Shown here: one piece after another, positions 30,890-37,385 of the stretch
How positions within the stretch are numbered: the first letter of the stretch is position 1
Layout of the letters: each line of letters begins with the position of its first letter
NCBI GenBank assembly: GCA_023665365.1
Contig: JAMPEA010000001.1
Coordinates: 83,914 to 147,913 of the forward strand
Origin: Bacillota bacterium
GTDB lineage: Bacteria > Bacillota > Clostridia > Christensenellales > CAG-917
Direction of reading: 5' to 3'
Length of the DNA: 64,000 nucleotides
Position numbers and translations under genes: made by a program
Notes under the pieces: model-generated
The model's database searches: none
What the model was told of the DNA's origin: nothing
The model's input: only the letters and a program-made list of their open reading frames with translations

Positions 30890-30924
30890 CCCCTCCGATT
30901 TTTTTACATTATATTTCGGAGGGG
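30890..30924 (-). promoter_or_regulatory. Hairpin that sequesters the amidase Shine-Dalgarno sequence
   Basis: Minus strand reads CCCCUCCGA-(17 nt A/U loop)-UCGGAGGGG, a perfect 9 bp stem. The 3' arm is the SD of the amidase gene. Confidence 0.55.
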
Positions 30925-30945
30925 CGAGATAGGTGATTTCAAAAC

Positions 30946-32814
30946 TTACTTGGACTTCCTTTGAATATACTCTTCCGTGATTTGCTCCGCCCTTTCGAGA
31001 GTGGGTCCCATTCCCTCTGAAAGCAGAGCGGCATTAAACTCGACCTCGTCGTACTTATCGCCGAGCGCGTCCTTTGCCAGGTCGTGCAGACTAAGCATAT
31101 AGTATGCGCCGTAGCCATAAGACACGTACACGGCGGGCATCTCCATAAGCGCTTCAATAAGGTGTTGCGCGCGATCCAATTCAATCCCGAAAACGGTGCT
31201 CAGCTCCTGCGCGGTAGCTCCGTTGTAGTTTATCTCTATGTCGTAAAGTATCGGCGAAATATATCCAGCAACCGTGTCGTAATAGAGATAATCGCAATAG
31301 AGCGAAAGCGCGTCGTTTTCGCAGGTTTCCGATATGATATTCAAAATTTTAAGTTGCGTGTACACTGCCCAGCCCTCTACGAACGCGCTGACCGTGTTAA
31401 GCCCCGTAAGCAGACTCACGCCCTGCTCCTTTGCGTTGACCGAAGCGTACAGATGCCCCGGATAGCCCTCGTGCGCGATAGTCGGAAGCAACGGGTCGCT
31501 CGGCGAGTTTTCTATATAATACGGATTGAGCGTTATATGCTCGGTCGAACCGACCTCGTCAAGCGGCGAGCGCAAGTAGTAGGCAAGCGTCATCGACCTT
31601 TTTGCAACCGTGTCGTCCATATATTTAAAGTCAATAGCGGGCTCGTGTTTTAACTCGGGCACTATATCTTTCGCCGCGCCCTTGACATAGGTCAATATAT
31701 CTTCGGGGTCGGTCAAGTCGAGGATTTGTTTTTCGCCGTTGACGTAAGCGTAAAAATCTTCGTACAACTGCGGATTGGTATCCTTGACCGCTTCCACTTG
31801 TTCGATTATAGCGTTGGCGTGACCTGCGTACTCGTTGTTGAATACTGCAAGTCTTTGAAACACCTCGTCCATATCGACGTTTTTAAGTCCCGTCTTATTT
31901 TCAAAGCTCCACTTATAGTAGGCGGCTCCCGCATTTCCGAACGCGCCGAGATAGCTTTTGTTGATAGTCGTCTCTGCGCCCTTGTAGTTTTCCAAGCCCA
32001 AGCTAAGCTCCTCTACGCCTTTCATAAAATTGTATTTCAGCGCGCTGTTAAACTGTTGCTTATAGCTGGCTTTTTGCTCGTTATTCAAAAATTCCGCCGC
32101 ATCTATCTTATTATCTATAAAACCGTAGAGATAGTAGTCGTCGCCCTGCTCCAAAATCTCGTCCAAATAATCCTGCATTTCGACGATTGTATAGTCGTAA
32201 AGCGGATTGCCTTCATATGCGCGGTCTCTTGCAAAGTCGAGATAGCTTTTAAACGCGTCGTCCGTCGATTGCACGATTGAAAGAAGATTGTCAATATCTG
32301 CGGTATTTCTAAACGCATAGTTTTCAACCGCACTCGTAAAATCCGCCACGTATCCGCCCTGCGAGCTGATATAGTCTCCGCCAATCAGCGAAAATTTCGA
32401 CGAGTAATAATTGCCGTAATAACTCAAATACGTGTCGATGGTGTGCCTAAGCGTATAGTAAGTGGCAATATCCTGCCCTTTCAATTTATCCAGCTTAATT
32501 CTACCGAGCTGGAAGTCGAAATAATTGAACAGAGAGTAAAGCTCTTCACAGTCTTCATCGGATACGGGGCTATACGAGTACCAAGTAGCCACGTTGTACT
32601 GCTCGTATCCGTAGGAGTTTTTGGGGTCAACCGAAAATACGTTCCAAGTATAAGCGTCGTTACCGAGCATCAAGTACGCCATTTGGTCGGCGAGCGTATT
32701 TAACTGCTTTGAAAACGCCTTATCGAAATTGCAAGCGGAAAGCCCGAAAGTTGCGCAAACCGCTATCATAATCACTGCTACAACGCAAACGAGTCGCTTC
32801 GAGTATCTTTTCAC
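30946..32814 (-). CDS. DUF885 family lipoprotein
   Basis: 622 aa with a signal peptide and lipobox (FGLSAC) and the HEGYPGHLY motif typical of DUF885. Confidence 0.8.
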   Translation of the reverse strand: MKRYSKRLVCVVAVIMIAVCATFGLSACNFDKAFSKQLNTLADQMAYLMLGNDAYTWNVFSVDPKNSYGYEQYNVATWYSYSPVSDEDCEELYSLFNYFDFQLGRIKLDKLKGQDIATYYTLRHTIDTYLSYYGNYYSSKFSLIGGDYISSQGGYVADFTSAVENYAFRNTADIDNLLSIVQSTDDAFKSYLDFARDRAYEGNPLYDYTIVEMQDYLDEILEQGDDYYLYGFIDNKIDAAEFLNNEQKASYKQQFNSALKYNFMKGVEELSLGLENYKGAETTINKSYLGAFGNAGAAYYKWSFENKTGLKNVDMDEVFQRLAVFNNEYAGHANAIIEQVEAVKDTNPQLYEDFYAYVNGEKQILDLTDPEDILTYVKGAAKDIVPELKHEPAIDFKYMDDTVAKRSMTLAYYLRSPLDEVGSTEHITLNPYYIENSPSDPLLPTIAHEGYPGHLYASVNAKEQGVSLLTGLNTVSAFVEGWAVYTQLKILNIISETCENDALSLYCDYLYYDTVAGYISPILYDIEINYNGATAQELSTVFGIELDRAQHLIEALMEMPAVYVSYGYGAYYMLSLHDLAKDALGDKYDEVEFNAALLSEGMGPTLERAEQITEEYIQRKSK

Positions 32815-33632
32815 GATAATCCTCCGTCTGTTTGAATATTTTTATCCTTATTAAAAATTTTGATTTCGTTAAGCTCGGCTATTCGAGCAGTAAACGACAC
32901 TTTGTCGCGGCGCTTCAAGTTTTCCGTAAAGCGCGAAGTGATAAGCGCGTAAATGCAATATATAGGCACTATGCCCAAATTTGTTTCGAGAAGAGAATTT
33001 ACGACAAGCGTAGACAGCTTCTGCCATACGTCGAACTCCGCAGAACGTATGCCGCCGATAAGCAGACTCGCCTCCCAACCGAGCTGAACGCTTACGCCTA
33101 TCAACAGCATCCAAAGCAGAGGGAAACGCTTTGATTTATCTTTTTGGAACAGATTGTAAATTATCGCGGCAAAATATCCGATTACAAGTATCAGCGCCAT
33201 CACCCAGTGATAAGACCCTGTGGTGCGTTGTATCTTTATCGGTTGAAGCCCCGTTGCGGCGTTTGCAAGCATGGGTGCGACAAACCACCATACGAGTATG
33301 AAAAACGTCCAAGTGAACTTGTGCTCGTCGCGGGAAATCCAAAGCCATATCCAAACGAAGTTGGTTATGCCATAGCTCATCGACATCCAAAACAGCACGC
33401 CCGCCATATCTCCGCCCTCAATCGAGCGCGTATGAAGTGCCGCGTGGAATATCCCGAAGTCTACGATGAAATACAGTATTCCGCCGAACAAGCCGAATAT
33501 TGCGGTCATATACTTGCGCTTGATTATCAAGAGCGCCATAAGCGCGACAAGAAATATCGAGTCGAGATAAATGTACAGCGGATTGAAAACTCGTTGCGCG
33601 ACTATTTCCGCGCTAATCAGATTCGTAAACAT
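32811..33632 (-). CDS. Multi-pass integral membrane protein of unknown function, translationally coupled to the DUF885 gene
   Basis: 273 aa with about 7-8 hydrophobic helices. The stop overlaps the DUF885 start by 4 nt. No family was recognised. Confidence 0.6.
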   Translation of the reverse strand: MFTNLISAEIVAQRVFNPLYIYLDSIFLVALMALLIIKRKYMTAIFGLFGGILYFIVDFGIFHAALHTRSIEGGDMAGVLFWMSMSYGITNFVWIWLWISRDEHKFTWTFFILVWWFVAPMLANAATGLQPIKIQRTTGSYHWVMALILVIGYFAAIIYNLFQKDKSKRFPLLWMLLIGVSVQLGWEASLLIGGIRSAEFDVWQKLSTLVVNSLLETNLGIVPIYCIYALITSRFTENLKRRDKVSFTARIAELNEIKIFNKDKNIQTDGGLS

Positions 33633-33638
33633 ATGTAT

Positions 33639-33667
33639 ATTATATCACGCGCCTAATTCGATGGCAA
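33639..33667 (-). promoter_or_regulatory. Promoter TTGCCA-17-TGaTATAAT placed 6 nt from the ATG (leaderless transcript predicted)
   Basis: -35 at 33667..33662, -10 at 33644..33639, ATG at 33632. There is no SD in the 6 nt gap. Confidence 0.55.
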
Positions 33668-33681
33668 GATTTAAAGGTATT

Positions 33682-34230
33682 TCAAATGGATTTTTGCTTT
33701 GCAATTTGCGTGTATTTCTTCACAAAATCGCCTTTTGCCTCTGTGTATGCGTCGCGGTTGCGCTCGTACTCCTTTGCAAGTTTCAACTTCAACTTCTCGT
33801 ATTCGCGCGCCGCGTCGGGATGAGCGTTTAGAAAATCTTTGAAATACACCTCGTCCGCGTCGCCGCTAAGTCTGAGATGCAAATGGAACACCCTTTCTGC
33901 AAAGCCCGCCGAGGTATAGCCCTTGTTAAGCGAAATCCGCCCGTTCGTCGTCGCCATAACGATATATCCCGCATTTTCAAGGATATTTGCCACACTGCTT
34001 AATTCCTCAACCGAATTAAACTCAATCAAAATGTCGATTATAGGCTTTGCCATTATGTCTTTGACGGCAGTACTGCCAACATGATGACATACGCAATCAA
34101 ACGGCAATATGTTTTTTAATAAAGCCGCTTCATCGGCATACCAATCCGCCCAACACGATTTATGTTCGCTAAGCGAAATCGGAAACAAATCCCAAAGTTC
34201 TTGAAGGGTCATCTCAGAAAGCGGTTTCAT
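33682..34230 (-). CDS. GrpB family (UPF0157, nucleotidyltransferase-fold) protein
   Basis: 182 aa. HVGSTAVKDIMAKPIIDILIE, HLHL, C-terminal Y..LK..LA. Confidence 0.8.
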   Translation of the reverse strand: MKPLSEMTLQELWDLFPISLSEHKSCWADWYADEAALLKNILPFDCVCHHVGSTAVKDIMAKPIIDILIEFNSVEELSSVANILENAGYIVMATTNGRISLNKGYTSAGFAERVFHLHLRLSGDADEVYFKDFLNAHPDAAREYEKLKLKLAKEYERNRDAYTEAKGDFVKKYTQIAKQKSI

Positions 34231-34239
34231 TTTTGAGTT

Positions 34240-34674
34240 TCACCTCGCATTTTTATAGCTTATCAAAATGTGATTGACCGCAAACAAAACAGAAAACACA
34301 ATCAGCGGAATATTTGCAAGCGCTATGCCGCTAAACAAAAATACACACGACGGCAATATTGACAGCGATAAGGCTTTAAATTTGCCGTTTTTATTCCAAC
34401 AAACAATCCAAATTATTATATACGCAAGACACAACCCGCCGTTGACGGACAGATACGCTATAAGCGCGTGGTCAAACCAAAAATCAAAGAAGGTGTACGG
34501 GATATTGAATATCATAAAAACAAAACAGCCGTATCTGCCGATTTGCTCCATTATGACAACCGCCCTATTGCCGAAAGCCTCGGTCTCATCGTCTTTATGC
34601 TTTATGGCGTAAACGATATTGGGTATCATAATAATCGCCATAATCGCAAGCCCGTAATAGTTAAACCAACTCAT
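34240..34674 (-). CDS. Small four-TM membrane protein, unknown function
   Basis: 144 aa, hydrophobic throughout. No family was recognised. Confidence 0.5.
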   Translation of the reverse strand: MSWFNYYGLAIMAIIMIPNIVYAIKHKDDETEAFGNRAVVIMEQIGRYGCFVFMIFNIPYTFFDFWFDHALIAYLSVNGGLCLAYIIIWIVCWNKNGKFKALSLSILPSCVFLFSGIALANIPLIVFSVLFAVNHILISYKNAR

Positions 34675-34675
34675 A

Positions 34676-34987
34676 TCAACGTCTCTTTTTAGGCAAAGGC
34701 GTAACGCTTTCTAAAATTTTCAAAACTTTTTCGGTCAGCTCTGCGTTTTCTATATCCAAAACGTAATGCTCTTTTGAGCCGTCGTAAGGAATTCCGCACT
34801 CAGCGTCCCTCATCAACTCGGACAGTTCTGCGAGCTTCTTAACGTATACAGTGTTGTCGCAAACGAGCAATACGGGTTTATCGTTAAGGTAAACCATATA
34901 TTCTCCGAACATTTTCTTATAGCGCACCGCAAAATCGCCGTGTATTTGCTCGCATACGAATTCAATGTAATCCACGCTTGTTGCCAT
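34676..34987 (-). CDS. TfoX N-terminal domain protein
   Basis: MATSVDYIEFVCEQIHGDFAVRYKKMFGEYMVYLNDKPVLLVCDNTVYVKK matches the TfoX_N pattern. The start is set to ATG 34987 because of the promoter geometry. The 152 aa track ORF overlaps the upstream gene. Confidence 0.7.
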   Translation of the reverse strand: MATSVDYIEFVCEQIHGDFAVRYKKMFGEYMVYLNDKPVLLVCDNTVYVKKLAELSELMRDAECGIPYDGSKEHYVLDIENAELTEKVLKILESVTPLPKKRR

Positions 34988-34993
34988 GTCCAT

Positions 34994-35022
34994 ATTGTAG
35001 CACGCAATAGATACTTTTTCAA
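34994..35022 (-). promoter_or_regulatory. Promoter TTGAAA-17-TGcTACAAT, 6 nt from ATG 34987 (leaderless transcript predicted)
   Basis: -35 at 35022..35017 and -10 at 34999..34994. Confidence 0.5.
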
Positions 35023-35105
35023 CAATTATCTTACTATAAAAACAATCCTGCATATTTGAGGAATTGCTTCGCGCGAAAGAAATTGGTAACCTGCAACAGA
35101 TATTT

Positions 35106-35654
35106 TCATTGCATTTTAGGAATATCCGCTTCAACGTTCTTTTTATTTTTGTTTTTAAAAGGGACGTAAAAGTATAAAAGATACAATGTTAAAAGCAAAA
35201 ACAAGATACCCAACAAAGAAGCGAAAACTATTCCAAACGCCAATGCGTCCCACGCTTTTACGTCTTTGCCATAACTTACCGCCCAACATACGCCTTTTCC
35301 GCGATATACGTTTCCTTTGTAAATTTCCACCTTTTCGCCAATACGCTGTTTGTCTTTTTCATACTGCTCGTAGTTCTTCAATGAGCCTCGCGCACAATCG
35401 CATTCATAAACGATTCCGTTTTCGTCAACGTAACGACACATTATTGAATAGTTGCTTTTTCTATACGTATGCAAATAAGTAATTTCCGCCTCGACGATAA
35501 TCCCATTGTCGACGGCTTCTTGAATTTTCAAATTTTCGGCATAAGCGTTAAATGAAATTGCCGTACCTATTATAAATACCGCACTAACAACTGTTAATAT
35601 TATAATCGCTTTTATGCCGAGAGGAGAAACTTTTTTGTTTGCCGAGTTTTTCAT
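35106..35654 (-). CDS. Membrane protein with N- and C-terminal TM helices flanking a beta-rich domain (DUF3592-like)
   Basis: 182 aa with topology TM, about 100 aa domain, TM. The pattern GIIVEAEITY...Y..M.RYVDENGIVYE resembles DUF3592. This is a weak call. Confidence 0.45.
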   Translation of the reverse strand: MKNSANKKVSPLGIKAIIILTVVSAVFIIGTAISFNAYAENLKIQEAVDNGIIVEAEITYLHTYRKSNYSIMCRYVDENGIVYECDCARGSLKNYEQYEKDKQRIGEKVEIYKGNVYRGKGVCWAVSYGKDVKAWDALAFGIVFASLLGILFLLLTLYLLYFYVPFKNKNKKNVEADIPKMQ

Positions 35655-35660
35655 AGCATC

Positions 35661-35689
35661 ATTATATCAAAGACCGAAAGAGTATTCAA
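35661..35689 (-). promoter_or_regulatory. Promoter TTGAAT-17-TGaTATAAT, 6 nt from ATG 35654 (leaderless transcript predicted)
   Basis: -35 at 35689..35684 and -10 at 35666..35661. No SD is present. Confidence 0.55.
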
Positions 35690-35858
35690 CCATATAGCTC
35701 GTCAAAAAATAAATAGACGTTATAGCGAGTGCTTGATTTTACGAACGCACGGCATAGCCGTGACAAGGCAGTAAGTCTGACTTGTAATATATACCACTAA
35801 ACAGAGGCTTTTTTGGCGAAGAAGTAGTAACCTAAAACGAATAATAAAAAACAGATTT

Positions 35859-36227
35859 TTATAAATTTGACAATTCATTATTAAAGCCTTGAAACCGCAA
35901 AAGAATATTATGCAGTTCGGCTATTTTGTTTTTTAAAAAGTTCATATTATTTTTATGCTTTACAATATCGTTTTTCTTAAAAAAATGATGGGCTAAATAA
36001 TTACGTTTGTCCAAAATGTATTCTAATTCTTCAATATCTTGCTTATCAAATAAATTTGTTCGTTCAGCATATCCTTTAATTTGTCCCATTGTCATAGATT
36101 GCATATCTTCAAAAAGATTATCAGCATTTGTATTTTGTGCTCTACATACTATTAGGGCTAAATTCCATTCTATGTATTGAGCATTTTCCAATATTTCGCC
36201 TACCAAATTATAAATTGTGTTAATCAT
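35859..36227 (-). CDS. Small all-helical HEPN-like protein (Rx4H motif RNYLAHHFF), HepT/DUF86-like
   Basis: 122 aa from ATG 36227 (AAGGCGG 8 nt upstream). The motif is LEYILDKRNYLAHHFF. The gene is AT-rich and lies 13 nt downstream of the 2-TM gene. Confidence 0.5.
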   Translation of the reverse strand: MINTIYNLVGEILENAQYIEWNLALIVCRAQNTNADNLFEDMQSMTMGQIKGYAERTNLFDKQDIEELEYILDKRNYLAHHFFKKNDIVKHKNNMNFLKNKIAELHNILLRFQGFNNELSNL

Positions 36228-36240
36228 TATAAATACCGCC

Positions 36241-36717
36241 TTAATGTAAAATTTTATTTCCAACACGCAATGTATAATTATTAAGCGTTAACGTACCTAC
36301 TTTCAAATTAACTCTTTCACCATTCAAATCGCATTCTAATGGGCGAGCACCAAAGAAAGAGCCTGTATGCTTATCAACTACCGCATCATCAAGCAACAAA
36401 TATGCACAACTCCACCCCAAATAAACACTGATTTCGTGCCCTTGATATGAATATGAATGGAACTTTACTCCGACAAGGGAACACAGCCAAAACACTATAC
36501 AAAAAATATCCCAAGTACCGAACAAATATAGAGGCACGATATACTTATCTTTTGTATAATACCCATATTCTTCTAAATATTCATAATATATGACTTCTTT
36601 ATCATTTATTGCAAGACTAACAAGAATTATAGTTATTATTGCAGAAATTAGGAACAACACGTTCCATACTATTTTAACAGTATTTTTCCTTTTTTGAAAG
36701 CGTTCTTTTTCCGACAT
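36241..36717 (-). CDS. Two-TM membrane protein with a roughly 70 aa C-terminal soluble domain, unknown family
   Basis: 158 aa from ATG 36717 (GAGGTG 8 nt upstream). TM helices are IVWNVLFLISAIITIILVSLAI and LYLFGTWDIFCIVFWLCSLVGV. The gene is AT-rich. Confidence 0.55.
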   Translation of the reverse strand: MSEKERFQKRKNTVKIVWNVLFLISAIITIILVSLAINDKEVIYYEYLEEYGYYTKDKYIVPLYLFGTWDIFCIVFWLCSLVGVKFHSYSYQGHEISVYLGWSCAYLLLDDAVVDKHTGSFFGARPLECDLNGERVNLKVGTLTLNNYTLRVGNKILH

Positions 36718-36744
36718 AACTAAGCACCTCACATATGTATAGTA

Positions 36745-36777
36745 ATATAAAAAGCGTGTTCCACTGAGAAACACGCT
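36745..36777 (-). terminator. Intrinsic terminator inside the 5' leader of the 2-TM/HEPN cassette
   Basis: Minus strand reads AGCGUGUU-UCUCAGUGG-AACACGCU followed by UUUUUAUAUU. It ends about 20 nt before the SD of the 2-TM gene. Confidence 0.6.
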
Positions 36778-36798
36778 GAAAAACGCACCTCTCAATGT

Positions 36799-36884
36799 TG
36801 CGACACATTTCCCAATTTTAAGGCGAGAGTGTACATTTTTACCTATAACACTCCTTAAAACTGGGGATATTCAAATGTGTCGCA
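36799..36884 (-). promoter_or_regulatory. Long imperfect hairpin of about 86 nt in the leader (candidate cis-regulatory or small RNA)
   Basis: A 12 bp perfect outer stem (tgcgacacattt / aaatgtgtcgca) is followed by cccaattttaagg / ccttaaaactgggg and agtgt / acact inner pairings. A possible promoter TTGTCA-17-TTTAAT lies about 25-50 nt upstream on the minus strand. Confidence 0.5.
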
Positions 36885-36939
36885 TATTTACTATGCCACA
36901 AAACTCAATTAAAATCAATCAATTTGATAGTGACAAATG

Positions 36940-36971
36940 AAAAAATAAAAAGCCACTATTTAGTGGCTTTT
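36940..36971 (-). terminator. Intrinsic terminator of tRNA-Ser
   Basis: Minus strand reads AAAAGCCACUAAAUAGUGGCUUUU followed by UAUUUUUU. It lies 6 nt after the tRNA CCA end. Confidence 0.75.
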
Positions 36972-36977
36972 ACATGA

Positions 36978-37070
36978 TGGCGGAGAAGAAGAGATTCGAA
37001 CTCTTGAACCGCTTGTGACGGTTACGCGATTTCCAGTCGCGCGCCCTCGACCAAACTAGGCGACTTCTCC
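36978..37070 (-). tRNA. tRNA-Ser (anticodon GGA), class II with a long variable arm and encoded CCA
   Basis: Minus strand reads GGAGAAG-TC-GCC-TAGTTTGGTCGA-GGGC-G-CGCGA-CTGGAAA-TCGCG-TAACCGTCACAAGCGGTTC-AAGAG-TTCGAAT-CTCTT-CTTCTCC-G-CCA, which folds as a cloverleaf. Confidence 0.93.
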
Positions 37071-37200
37071 AAAAGATTTGTGGAGAAGGCGTCCAAAGGT
37101 TTCACGACTTCTCCAAAGATTTATTGGGAAGTCGTCCAAACGTCCAGCGACTTCTCCAAAGATTTGTGGGAAGTCGTCCAAAGGTCTTCACGACTTCTCC
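37061..37200. repeat. Tandem 43/44 bp repeat (3 units plus the tRNA 5' end); each unit starts with the first 10 nt of tRNA-Ser
   Basis: cgacttctcc recurs at 37061 (the tRNA itself), 37105, 37148 and 37191. The spacers are about 85-90% identical. Confidence 0.95.
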
Positions 37201-37385
37201 AAAGATTGTTTAAAAAAAATGGGTTGCAGTTGAAGGAAGAATGGACAACAAAACCATTTCCCTCAACTGTACATCATTTTGAGGATTTGAACCCTCTATA
37301 ACCCAACGAAAAGATTATATCTTAACGGCGGCGTTTTGACAAGTAATTACGACGATTATTTTGTCGAATTTTGTAAAATTTCGTA

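Noticed and set aside
29826-30890. Prophage remnant, suggested by the endolysin-like amidase
   Set aside because: No holin, terminase, capsid, tail or integrase genes are nearby. The flanking genes are ordinary accessory or metabolic genes.
37222-37275. Long hairpin (cagttgaaggaagaatgg...ccatttccctcaactg) downstream of rho, considered as the rho terminator or the tRNA-Ser promoter region
   Set aside because: The stem is convincing, but the U run is separated from it by 7 nt. I could not find a convincing sigma-A promoter for tRNA-Ser either. I am leaving it unassigned.
37080-37301. 73 aa plus-strand ORF with an internally repetitive sequence (WEVVQ...)
   Set aside because: Its repetitiveness is simply the translation of the 43 bp tandem repeat upstream of tRNA-Ser. 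There is no SD.
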